Below are positions 11,133-26,100 of a stretch of DNA of 64,000 bases, piece after piece. Both the position numbers and the translations under genes were made by a program. A model generated the notes under the pieces. The model saw only the letters and a list, made by a program, of their open reading frames with translations, did not search any database and had not been told where the DNA came from. The stretch's first letter is position 1, and each line of letters opens with the position of its first letter. Origin of the DNA: the human T2T-CHM13v2.0 reference genome, Homo sapiens; contig CP068257.2 of the NCBI GenBank assembly GCA_009914755.4, forward strand, positions 1,536,001 to 1,600,000, written 5' to 3'.

Positions 11133-14100
11133 ATAGTGTACATAAAATAACAAAGTACACAAACTATAAATTATATACTGTACATAAAATATGAAATTAC
11201 ATCAAATATATATTAGGTACATAAAATATGAAAGTACATCAAATATAGATTATATACTGTACATATAATATCAATGTACCCCAAATATATATTTTATACT
11301 CTTCATGAAATATCAAAGTTCACAAACCATATATTATATACTGTACATAAAATATCAAAGTACCCAAGGTATATATTCTATACTATACAAAAAATATCAA
11401 AGTACCCAAAGCATGTATTATATACTGTACATAAAATATGAAAGTACATCAAATATATATTTTATTCTGTACATAAAATATCAAAGTACACCAGATATAT
11501 ATTCTATAGTGTACATAAAATATCAAAAGTACCCAAACTATACATTATATACTGTACATAAAATATGAAATTACATCAAATATATATTATATTAGCTACA
11601 TAAAATATGAAAGTACATCAAATATAGATTATATACTGTACATTAAATACCAAAATACCCCAAATATATATTTTATACTCTACATGAAATATCAAAGTTC
11701 ACAAACCATATATTATATACTGTACATAAAATATCAAAGTACCCAAGGTATATATTCTATACTGTACAAAAAATATCAAAGTACCCAAAGAATGTATTAT
11801 ATACTGTACATAAAATATGAAATTACATCAAATATATATTTTATTCTGTACATAAAACATCAAAGTACACCAGATATATATTCTATAGTGTACATAAAAT
11901 ATCAAAGTACCCAAACTATACATTATATACTGTACATAAAATATGAAATTACATCAAATATATATTATATTAGGTACATAAAATATGAAAGTACATCAGA
12001 TATAGATTATATACTGGACATAAAATATCAAAGTACCCCAAATATATATTATATACTCTACATGAAATATCAAAGTTCACAAACTATATATTATATACTG
12101 TACATAAAATATCAAAGTACCCTAGGTATATATTCTATACTGTACAAAAAATATCAAAGTACCCAAAGCATGTAATATATACTGTATACAAAATATGAAT
12201 ATACATTAAATATATATTTTATTCTCTACATAAAATATCAAAGTACACCAGATATGTATTCTATAGTGTACATAAAATAACAAAGTACACAAACTATAAA
12301 TTATATACTGTACGTAAAATATGAAATTACATCAAATATATATTAGGTACATAAAATATGAAGGTACATCAGATATAGATTATATACTGCACATATAATA
12401 TCAATGTACCCCAAATATATATTTTATACTCTACATGAAATATCAAAGTTCACAAACGATACATTATATACTGTACATAAAATATCAAATTACCCAAGGT
12501 ATATATTCTATACTGTACGAAAAATATCAAAGTACCCAAAGCATGTATTATATACTGTACATAAAATATGAAAGTACATCAAATATATATTTTATTCTGT
12601 ACATAAAATATCAAAGTACACCAGATATATATTCTATAGTGTACATAAAATATCAAAGTACCCAAACTATACATTATATACTGTACGTAAAATATGAAAT
12701 TACATCAAATATATATTAGGTACATAAAATATGAAAGTATATCAAATATAGATTATATACTGTACATATAATATCAATGTACCCCAAATATATATTTTAC
12801 ACTCTACATGAAATATCAAAATTCACAAACCATATATTATATACTGTACATAAAATATCAATGTACCCAAGGTATATATTCTATACTGTACAAAAAATAT
12901 CAAAGTACCCAAAGCATGTATTATATACTGTACATAAAATATGAAAGTACATCAAATATATATTTTATTCTGTACATAAAATATCAAAGTACACCAGATA
13001 TATATTCTATAGTGTACATAATATATCAAAGTACCCAAACTATACATTATATACTGTACATAAAATATGAAATTACATCAAATATATATTATATTAGGTA
13101 CATAAAATATGAAAGCACATCAAATATAGATTATATACTGTACATGAAATACCAAAGTACCCCAAATATATATTTTATACGGTACATGAAATATCAAAGT
13201 TCACAAACTATATATTATATACGGTACATGAAATATCAAAGTTCACAAACTATATATTATATACTGTATATAAAATATCAAAGTACCCAAGGTATATATT
13301 CTATACTGTACAAAAAATATCAAAGTACCCAAAGCATGTATTATATACTGTACATAAAATATGAAAGTACATCAAATATATATTTTATTCTGTACATAAA
13401 ATATCAAAGTACACCAGATATATATTCTATAGTGTACATAATATATCAAAGTACCCAAACTATACATTATATACTGTACATAAAATATGAAATTACATCA
13501 AATATATATTATATTAGGTACATAAAATATGAAAGCACATCAAATATAGATTATATACTGTACATGAAATACCAAAGTACCCCAAATATATATTTTATAC
13601 GGTACATGAAATATCAAAGTTCACAAACTATATATTATATACGGTACATGAAATATCAAAGTTCACAAACTATATATTATATACTGTATATAAAATATCA
13701 AAGTACCCAAGGTATATATTCTATACTGTACAAAAAATATCAAAGTACCCAAAGCATGTATTATATACTGTACATAAAATATGAAAGTACATCAAATATA
13801 TATTTTATTCTGTACAGAAAATATCAAAGTACACCAGATATATATTCTATAGTGTACATAAAATATCAAAGTACCCAAACTATACATTATATACTGTACA
13901 TAAAATATGAAATTACATCAAATTTATATTAGGTACATAAAATATGAAAGTACATCAAATATAGATTATACACTGTACATAAAATATCAAAGTACCCCAA
14001 ATATATATTATATACTCTACATGAAATATCAAAGTTCACAAACTATATATTATATACTGTACATAAAATATCCAAGTACCCAAGGTATATATTCTATACT

Positions 14101-16950
14101 GTACAAAAAATATCAACGTACCCTAAGCATGTATTATATACTCTATATAAAATATGAAAGTACATCACATATATATTTTATTCTGTACATAAAATATCAA
14201 AGTACACCAGATATATATTCTATAGTGTACATAAAATAACAAAGTACACAAACTATAAATGATATGCTGTACATAAAATATGAAATTACATCAAATATAT
14301 ATTAGGTACATAAAATATGAAAGTACATCAAATATAGATTATATACTGTACATAAAATATCAATGTACCCCAAATATATATTTTATACTCTACATGAAAT
14401 ATCAAAGTTCACAAACCATATATTATATACTGTACATAAAATATCAAAGTACCCAAGGTATATATTCTATACTGTACAAAAAATATCAAAGTACCCAAAG
14501 CATGTATTATATACTGTACATAAAATATGAAAGTACATCAAATATATATTTTATTCTGTACATAAAATATCAAAGTACACCAGATATATATTCTATAGTG
14601 TACATAAAATATCAAAGTACCCAAACTATACATTATATACTGTACATAAAATATGAAATTACATCAAATATATATTATATTAGGTACATAAAATATGAAA
14701 GTACATCAGATATAGATTATATACTGTACATAAAATATCAAAGTACCCCAAATATATATTATATACTCTACATGAAATATCAAAGTTCACAAACTATACA
14801 TTATATACTGTACATAAAATATGAAATTACATCAAATATATATTAGGTACATAAAATATGAAAGTACATCAAATATAGATTATATACTGTACATATAATA
14901 TCAATGTACCCCAAATATATATTTTATACTCTTCATGAAATATCAAAGTTCACAAACCATATATTATATACTGTACATAAAATATCAAAGTACCCTAGGT
15001 ATATATTCTATACTGTACAAAAAATATCAAAGTACCCAAAGCATGTATTATATACTGTACATAAAATATGAAAGTACATCAAATATATATTTTATTCTGT
15101 ACATAAAATATCAAAGTACACCAGATATATATTCTATAGTGTACATAAAATATCAAAAGTACCCAAACTATACATTATATACTGTACATAAAATATGAAA
15201 TTACATCAAATATATATTATATTAGCTACATAAAATATGAAAGTACATCAAATATAGATTATATAGTGTACATTAAATACCAAAACACCCCAAATATATA
15301 TTTTATACTCTACATGAAATATCAAAGTTCACAAACCATATATTATATACTGTACATAAAATATCAAAGTACCCAAGGTATATATTCTATACTGTACAAA
15401 AAATATCAAAGTACCCAAAGCATGTATTATATACTGTACATAAAATATGAAAGTACATCAAAAATATATTTTATTCTGTACATAAAACATCAAAGTACAC
15501 CAGATATATATTCTATAGTGTACATAAAATATCAAAGTACCCAAACTATACATTATATACTGTACATAAAATATGAAATTACATCAAATATATATTATAT
15601 TAGGTACATAAAATATGAAAGTACATCAGATATAGATTATATACTGCACATAAAATATCAAAGTACCCCAAATATATATTATATACTCTACATGAAATAT
15701 CAAAGTTCACAAACTATATATTATATACTGTACATAAAATATCAAAGTACCCAAGGTATATATTCTATACTGTACAAAAAATATCAAAGTACCCAAAGCA
15801 TGTATTATATACTGTACATAAAGTATGAAAGTACATCAAATGTATATTTTATTCTGTACATAAAATATCAAAGTACACCAGATATATATTCTACAGTGTA
15901 CATAATATATCAAAGTACGCAAACTATACATTATATACTGTACTTAAAATATGAAATTACATCAAATATATATTATATTAGGTACATAAAATATGAAAGC
16001 ACATCAAATATAGATTATATACTGTACATGAAATACCAAAGTACCCCAAATATATATTTTATACGGTACATGAAATATCAAAGTTCACAATCTATATATT
16101 ATATACTGTATATAAAATATCAAAGTACCCAAGGTATATATTCTATACTGTACAAAAAATATCAAAGTACCCAAAGCATGTATTATATACTGTACATAAA
16201 ATATGAAAATACATCAAATATATATTTTATTCTGTACCGAAAATATCAAAGTACACCAGATATATATTCTATAGTGTACATAAAATATCAAAGTACCCAA
16301 ACTATACATTATATACTGTACATAAAATATGAAATTACATCAAATTTATATTAGGTACATAAAATATGAAAGTACATCAAATATAGATTATATACTGTAC
16401 ATAAAATATCAAAGTACCCCAAATATATATTATATACTCTACATGAAATATCAAAGTTCACAAACTATATATTATATACTGTACATAAAATATCCAAGTA
16501 CCCAAGGTATATATTCTATACTGTACAAAAAATATCAACGTACCCAAAGCATGTGTTATATACTCTATATAAAATATGAAAGTACATCACATATATATTT
16601 TATTCTGTACATAAAATATCAAAGTACACCAGATATATATTCTATAGTGTACATAAAATAACAAAGTACACAAACTATAAATTATATACTTTACGTAAAA
16701 TATGAAATTACATCAAATATATATTAGGTACATAAAATATGAAAGTACATCAAATATAGATTATATACTGTACATATAATATCAATGTACCCCAAATATA
16801 TATTTTATACTCTACATGAAATATCAAAGTTCACAAACCATACATTATATACTGTACATAAAATATCAAAGTACCCAAGGTATATATTCTATACTGTATG
16901 AAAAATATCAAAGTACCCAAAGCATGTATTATATACTCTACATAAAAGAT
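11130..16950. repeat. S-type monomer-subfamily domain (…atatattctatagtgtacat, peptide PDIYSIV) with mixed 373/378/420-bp HORs and internal duplications at offsets of about 3630 and 2422 bp.
   Basis: ORFs 11305 onward carry PDIYSIV rather than PDIYFIV. 11305 and 11684 match 14935 and about 15314 at offset 3630. 12808 and 13907 match 15266 and 16329 at offset 2422. The first 37-bp monomer is at about 11200. Confidence 0.6.
12870..13920. repeat. 420-bp (10-monomer) HOR in about 2.5 virtually identical tandem copies. The HOR was created by duplication of a single monomer.
   Basis: Lines 12901-13260 are identical base-for-base to 13321-13680. The first differences appear at about 13817 and 13861. 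The unit ggtacatgaaatatcaaagttcacaaactatatattatatac occurs twice in succession in each copy (at 13183/13225 and 13603/13645), but only once in the paralogous ORF 15266. Confidence 0.85.
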
Positions 16951-19900
16951 GAAAGTACATCAAATATATATTTTATTCTGTACATAAAATAACAAAGTAC
17001 ACCAGATATATATTTTATAGTGTACATAAAATATGAAATTACCCAAACTATACATTACATACTGTACATAAAATATGGAATTACATCAAATATATATTAT
17101 ATTAGGTACGTAAAATATGAAATTACATCAAATATAGTTTATATACCATACATAAAATATAAAGGAACCCAAATATATATGATATACTGTACATGAAATA
17201 TCAAAGTTCACAAACTATATATTATATACTGTAGATAAAATATCAAAGTACCCAAGGTATATATTCTATAATGTAAAAAAAATATCAAAGCACCCAAAGC
17301 ATGTATTATATACTGTACATAAAATATGAAAGCACATCAAATATATATTATATTAGGTACATAAAATATGAAAGTACATAAAATATAGATGATATTCTGT
17401 ACATAAAATATCAAAGGAGCCCAAATATATATTATACAGTGTACATGAAATATCAAAATTTACAAAATATATATTATATAATGTACATAAAATATCAAAG
17501 TACACAAAGCAAGTATTATATACTGTACATAAAAGATGAAAGTACATCAAATATATATTTTATTCTGTACATAAAATATCAAAGTACACCAGATATATAT
17601 TTTATAGTGTACATAAAATATCAAGGTACCCAAACTATACATTATATACTGTACATAAAATATGAAATTACATCAAATATATATTACATTAGGTACGTAA
17701 AATATGAAAGTACATCAAATATAGATTATATACTGTACATAATATATAAAAGAACCCCAACTATATATTATATACTGTACATGAAATATCAAAATACACA
17801 AACTATATATTATATACTGTGCATAAAATATCAAAGTACCCAAGGTATATATCCTATACTGTACAAAAAATATCAAAGTACCCAAAGCTTGTATTATATA
17901 CTGTACATAAAATATGAAAGCACATCAAATATATATTATATTAGGTACATAAAATATGAAAGTACATAAAATATAGATGATATACTGTACATAAAATATC
18001 AAAGTAGCCCAAATATATATTATACAGTGTACATGAAATATCAAAATTTACAAAATATATATTATATAATGTACATAAAATATCAAAGTACCCAAAGCAT
18101 GTATTATATACTGTACATAAAATATGAAAGTACATCAAATATATATTTTATTCTGTACATAAAATATCAAAGTACACCAGATATATATTTTATAGTGTAC
18201 ATAAAATATCAAGGTACCCAAACTATACATTATATACTGTACATAAAATATGAAATTACATCAAATATATATTATATTAGGTACGTAAAATATGAAAGTA
18301 TATCAAATATAGACTATATACTGTACATAATATATAAAAGAACCCCAAATATATATTATATACTGTACATGATGTATCAAAATACACAAACTATATATTA
18401 TATACTGTACATAAAATATCAAAGTACCCAAGGTATATATTCTATACTGTAAAAAAAATATCAAAGTACCCAAAGCATGTATTATATACTGTACATAAAA
18501 TATGAAAGTACATCAAATATATATTTTATTCTGTACATAAAATAACAAAGTACACCAGATATATATTTTATAGTGTACATAAAATATGAAATTACCCAAA
18601 CTATACATTACATACTGTACATAAAATATGGAATTACATCTAATATATATTATATTAGGTACGTAAAATATGAAAGTACATCAAATATAGATTATACACC
18701 ATACATAAAATATAAAGGAACCCCAAATATATATGATATACTGTACATGAAATATCAAAGTTCACAAACTATATATTATATACTGTAGATAAAATATCAA
18801 AGTACCCAAGGTATATATTCTATATTGTAAAAAAAATATCAAAGTACCCAAAGCATGTATTGTATACTGTACATAAAATATGAAAGCACATCAAATATAT
18901 ATTATATTAGGTACATAAAATATGAAAGTACATAAAATATAGATGATATACTGTACATAAAATATCAAAGTAGCCCAAATATATATTATACAGTGTACAT
19001 GAAATATCAAAATTTACGAAATATATATTATATAATGTACATAAAATATGAAAGTACACAAAGCAAGTATTATATACTGTACATAAAAGATGAAATTACA
19101 TCAAATATATATTTTATTCTGTACATAAAATATCAAAGTACACCAGATATATATTTTATAGTGTACATAAAATATCAAGGTACCCAAACTATACATTATA
19201 TACTGTACATAAAATATGAAATTACATCAAATATATATTATATTAGGTACGTAAAATATGAAAGTACATCAAATATAGATTATATACTGTACATAATATA
19301 TAAAAGAACCCCAACTATATATTATATACTGAACATGAAATATCAAAATACACAAACTATATATTATATACTGTACATAAAATATCAAAGCACCCAAGGT
19401 ATATATTCTATACTATACAAAAAATATCAAAGTACCCAAAGCATGTATTATATACTGTACATAAAATATGAAAGTACATCAAATATATATTTTATTCTGT
19501 ATATAAAATAACAAAGTACACCAGATATATATTTTATAGTGTACATAAAATATCAAAGTACCCAAACTATACATTACATACTGTACATAAAATATGGAAT
19601 TACATCAAATATATATTATATTAGGTACGTAAAATATGAAAGTACATCAAATATAGATTATATACCATACATAAAATATAAAGGAACCCCAAATATATAG
19701 GATATACTGTACATGAAATATCAAAGTTCACAAACTATATATTATATACTGTAGATAAAATATCAAAGTACCCAAGGTATATATTCTATACTGTATAAAA
19801 AATATCAAAGTACCCAAAGCATGTATTATATACTGTACATAAAAGATGAAAGTACATCAAATATATATTTTATTCTGTACATAAAATAACAAAGTACACC

Positions 19901-22900
19901 AGATATATATTTTATAGTGTACATAAAATATGAAATTACCCAAACTATACATTACATACTGTACATAAAATATGGAATTACATCAAATATATATTATATT
20001 AGGTACGTAAAATATGAAAGTACATCAAATATAGATTATATACCATACATAAAATATAAAGGAACCCCAAATATATATGATATACTGTACATGAAATATC
20101 AAAGTTCACAAACTATATATTATATACTGTAGATAAAATATCAAAGTACCCAAGGTATATATTCTATAATGTAAAAAAAATATCAAAGCACCCAAAGCAT
20201 GTATTATATACTGTACATAAAATATGAAAGCACATCAAATATATATTATATTAGGTACATAAAATATGAAAGTACATAAAATATAGATGATATACTGTAC
20301 ATAAAATATCAAAGGAGCCCAAATATATATTATACAGTGTACATGAAATATCAAAATTTACAAAATATATATTATATAATGTACATAAAATATCAAAGTA
20401 CCCAAAGCAAGTATTATATACTGTACATAAAAGATGAAAGTACATCAAATATATATTTTATTCTGTACATAAAATATCAAAGTACACCAGATATATATTT
20501 TATAGTGTACATAAAATATCAAGGTACCCAAACTATACATTATATACTGTACATAAAATATGAAATTACATCAAATATATATTATATTAGGTACGTAAAA
20601 TATGAAAGTACATCAAATATAGATTATATACTGTACATAATATATAAAAGAACCCCAACTATATATTATATACTGTACATGAAATATCAAAATACACAAA
20701 TTATATATTATATACTGTACATAAAATATCAAAGTACCCAAGGTATATATCCTATACTGTACAAAAAATATCAAAGTACCCAAAGCATGTATTATATACT
20801 GTACATAAAATATGAAAGCACATGAAATATATATTATATTAGGTACATAAAATATGAAAGTACATAAAATATAGATGATATACTGTACATAAAATATCAA
20901 AGTAGCCCAAATATATATTATACAGTGTACATGAAATATCAAAATTTACAAAATATATATTATATAATGTACATAAAATATCAAAGTACCCAAAGCATGT
21001 ATTATATACTGTACATAAAATATGAAAGTACATCAAATATATATTTTATTCTGTACATAAAATAACAAAGTACACCAGATATATATTTTATAGTGTACAT
21101 AAAATATCAAGGTACCCAAACTATACATTATATACTGTACATAAAATATGAAATTACATCAAATATATATTATATTAGGTACGTAAAATATGAAAGTACA
21201 TCAAATATAGACTATATACTGTACATAATATATAAAAGAACCCCAAATATATATTATATACTGTACATGAAGTATCAAAATACACAAACTATATATTATA
21301 TACTGTACATAAAATATCAAAGTACCCAAGGTATATATTCTATACTGTACAAAAAATATCAAAGTACCCAAAGCATGTATTATATACTGTACATAAAATA
21401 TGAAAGTACATCAAATATATATTATATTAGGTACGTAAAATATGAAAGTACATCAAATATAGATTATATACCATACATAAAATATAAAGGAACCCCAAAT
21501 ATATATGATATACTGTACATGAAATATCAAAGTTCACAAACTATATATTATATACTGTAGATAAAATATCAAAGTACCCAAGGTATATATTCTATACTGT
21601 AAAAAAAAATCAAAGTCCCCAAAGCATGTATTATATACTGTACATAAAATATGAAGGCACATCAAATATATATTATATTAGGTACATAAAATATGAAAGT
21701 ACATAAAATATAGATGATATACTGTACATAAAATATCAAAGTAGCCCAAATATATATTATACAGTGTACATGAAATATCAAAATTTACAAAACATATATT
21801 ATATAATGTACATAAAATATCAAAGTACCCAAAGCAAGTATTATATACTGTACATAAAAGATGAAAGTACATCAAATATATATTTTATTCTGTACATAAA
21901 ATATCAAAGTACACCAGATATATATTTTATAGTGTACATAAAATATCAAGGTACCCAAACTATACATTATATACTGTACATAAAATATGAAATTACATCA
22001 AATATATATTATATTAGGTACGTAAAATATGAAAGTACATCAAATATAGATTATATACTGTACATAATATATAAAAGAACCCCAAATAAATATTATATAC
22101 TGTACATGAAGTATCAAAATACACAAACTATATATTATATACTGTAGATAAAATATCAAAGTACCCAAGGTATATATTCTATACTGTACAAAAAATATCA
22201 AAGTACCCAAAGCATGTATTATATACTGTATATAAAATATGAAAGTACATCAAATATATATTTTATTCTGTACATAAAATAACAAAGTACACCAGATATA
22301 TATTTTATAGTGTACATAAAATATCAAAGTACCCAAACTATACATTACATACTGTACATAAAATATGGAATTACATCAAATATATATTATATTAGGTACG
22401 TAAAATATGAAAGTACATCAAATATAGATTATATACCATACATAAAATCTAAAGGAACCCCAAATATATATGATATACTGTACATGAAATTGCAAAGTTC
22501 ACAAACTATATATTATATACTGTAGATAAAATATCAAAGTACCCAAGGTATATATTCTATACTGTAAAAAAAATATCAAAGTACCCAAAGCATGTATTAT
22601 ATACTGTACATAAAATATGAAAGTACATCAAATATATATTTTATTCTGTACATAAAATAACAAAGTACACCAGATATATATTTTATAGTGTACATAAAAT
22701 ATGAAATTACCCAAACTATACATTACATACTGTACATAAAATATGGAATTACATCTAATATATATTATATTAGGTACGTAAAATATGAAAGTACATCAAA
22801 TATAGATTATATACCATACATAAAATATAAAGGAAACCCAAATATATATGATATACTGTACATGAAATATCAAAGTTCACAAACTATATATTATATACTG

Positions 22901-23150
22901 TAGATAAAATATCAAAGTACCCAAGGTATATATTCTATACTGTAAAAAAAATATCAAAGTACCCAAAGCATGTATTATATACTGTACATAAAATATGAAA
23001 GCACATCAAATATATATTATATTTGGTACATAAAATATGAAAGTACGTAAAATATAAATGATATACTGTACATAAAATATCAAAGTAGCCCAAATATATA
23101 TTATACAGTGTACATGAAATATCAAAATTTACAAAATATATATTATATAA
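16950..23150. repeat. F-type domain with its own variant monomers and longer periodicities of 588 bp (14 monomers) and about 1344 bp (32 monomers, about 3.5 copies). The variants include tataccatacataaaatataaaggaacccc and aatttacaaaatatatattatataatgtacat.
   Basis: ORFs 17353/17941 and 20251/20839 are 588 bp apart. ORFs 18573/19917, 18993/20337 and 21764/23108 are 1344 bp apart. 20337/21764 are 1427 bp apart (1344 + 2 monomers - 1). Confidence 0.6.
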
Positions 23151-23154
23151 TGTA

Positions 23155-26100
23155 CATAAAATATCAAAGTACCCAAAGCAAGTATTATATACTGTACATA
23201 AAAGATGAAAGTACATCAAATATATATTTTATTCTGTACATAAAATATCAAAGTACACCAGATATATATTTTATAGTGTACATAAAATATCAAAGTACCC
23301 AAACTATACATTATATACTGTACATAAAATATGAAATTACATCAAATATATATTATATTAGGTACATAAAATATGAAAGTACATCAAATATAGATTATAT
23401 ACTGTACATAAAATATCAAAGTACCCCAAATATATATTATATACTGTACATGAAATATCAAAGTTCACAAACTATATATTATATACTGTACATAAAATAT
23501 CAAAGTACCCAAGGTATATATTCTATACTGTACAAAAAATATCAAAGTACCCAAAGCATGTATTATATACTGTACATAAAATATGAAAGTACATCAAATA
23601 TATATTTTATTCTGTAGTTAAAATATCACAGTACACCAGATATATATTTTATAGTGTACATAAAATATCAAAGTACCCAAACTATACATTATATACTGTA
23701 CATAAAATATGAAATTACATCAAATATATATTATATTAGTTACCTAAAATATGAAAGTACATCAAATATAGATTATATACTGTACATAAAATATCAGAGT
23801 ACCCCAAATATATATTATATACTGTACATGAAATATCAAAGTTCACAAACTATATATTATATACTGTACATAAAATATCAAAGTACCCAAGGTATATATT
23901 CTATACTGTACAAAAAATATCAAAGTACCCAAAGCATGTATTATATACTGTACATAAAAGATGAAAGTACATCAAATATATATTTTATTCTCTACATAAA
24001 ATAACAAAGTACACCGGATATATATTTTATAGTGTACATAAAATATCAAAGTACCCAAACTATACATTACATACTGTACATAAAATATGAAATTACATCA
24101 AATATATATTATATTAGTTACCTAAAATATGAAAGTACATCAAATATAGATTATATACTGTACAGAAAATATGAAAGTACCCCAAATATATATTATACAC
24201 TGTACATGAAATATGAAAGTTCACAAACTATATATTATATACTGTACATAAAATATCAAAGTACCCAAGGTATATATTCTATACTGTACAAAAAATATCA
24301 AAGTACCCAAAGAATGTATTATATACTGTACATAAAATATGAAAGTACATCAAATATATATTTGATTCTGTACATAAAATAACAAAGTATACCAGATATG
24401 TATTTTATAGTGTACATAAAATATCAAAGTACCGAAACTATACATTACATACTGTACATAAAATATGCAATTACATCAAATATATATTATATTAGGAACA
24501 TAAAATATGAAAGTACATCAAATATAGATTATTAACTGTACATAAAATATCAAAGAACCCCAAATATATATTATATACTGTACATGAGATATCAAACTTC
24601 ACAAACTATATATTATATACTGTACATAAAATATCAAAGTACCCAAGGTATATATTCTATACTATACAAAAAATATCAAAGTACCCAAAGCATGTATTAT
24701 ATACTGTACATAAAAGATGAAAGTACATCAAATATATATTTTATTCTGTACATAAAATATCAAAGTACACCAGATATATATTATATAGTGTACATAAAAT
24801 ATCAAAGTACCCAAACTATACATTATATACTGTACATAAAATATGAAATTACATCAAATATATATTATATTAGGTACATAAAATATGAAAGTACATCAAA
24901 TATATATTATATACTGTACATAAAATATAAAAGTACCCCAAATATATATTATATACTGAACATGAAATATCAAAATACACAAACTATATATTATATACTG
25001 TACAAAAAATATCAAAGTACCCAAAGCAAGTATTATATACTGTACATAAAATATGAAAGTACATCAAATATATATTTTATTCTGTACATAAAATATCAAA
25101 GTACACCAGATATATATTTTATAATGTACATAAAACATCAAGGTACACAAACTATACATTTTATACTGTACATAAAATATGAAATTACATCAAATATATA
25201 TTATATTGGATACATAAAATATGAAAGTACATCAAGTATAGATTATTAACTGTACATAAAATATCAAAGAACCCCAAATATATATTATATACTGTGCATG
25301 AAATATCAAAGTTCACAAACTATATATTATATATTGTACATAAAATATCAAAGTACCCAAGGTTTATATTCTGTACTGTAAAAAAAATATCAAAGTACCC
25401 AAAGCATGTATTATATACTGTACATAAAATATGAAATTACATCAAATATATATTATATTAGGTACATAAAATATGAAAGTACATCAAATATATATTTTAT
25501 TCTGTACATAAAATATCAAAGTACACCAGATATATATTTTATAGTGTACATAAAATATCAAATTACCCAAACTATACATTATATCCTGTACATAAAATAT
25601 GAAATTACATCAAATATATATTATATTAGGTACATAAAATATGAAAGTACTTCAAATATAGATTATATACTGTACATAAAATATAAAAGTACCCCAAATA
25701 TATATTATATACTGTACATGAAATATCAAAATACAGAAACTATATATTATATACTGTACAAAAAATATCAAAGTACCCAAAGCAAGTATTATATACTGTA
25801 CATAAAAGATGAAAGTACATCAAATATATATTCTATTCTGTACATGAATTATCAAAGTACACCAGATATATATTTTATAGTGTACTTAAAACATCAAGGT
25901 ACACAAACTATACATTATATACTGTACATAAAATATGAAATTACATCAAATATATATTATATTGGGTACATAAAATATGAAAGCACATCAAATATAGATT
26001 AACTGTACATAAAATATCAAAGAACCCGAAATATATATTATATACTGTACATGAAATATCAAAGTTCACAAACTATATATTATATACTGTACATAAAATA

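Noticed and set aside
21595-21615. A9 homopolymer (aaaaaaaaatcaaagtcccc) and other isolated odd monomers, e.g. 57081 taggaaagta and 27401 acttcgagtattgattatttac.
   Set aside because: These are single private variants within otherwise normal monomers. They are useful as barcodes for tracing block ancestry but are not features in their own right. A homopolymer could also be a sequencing or assembly error.
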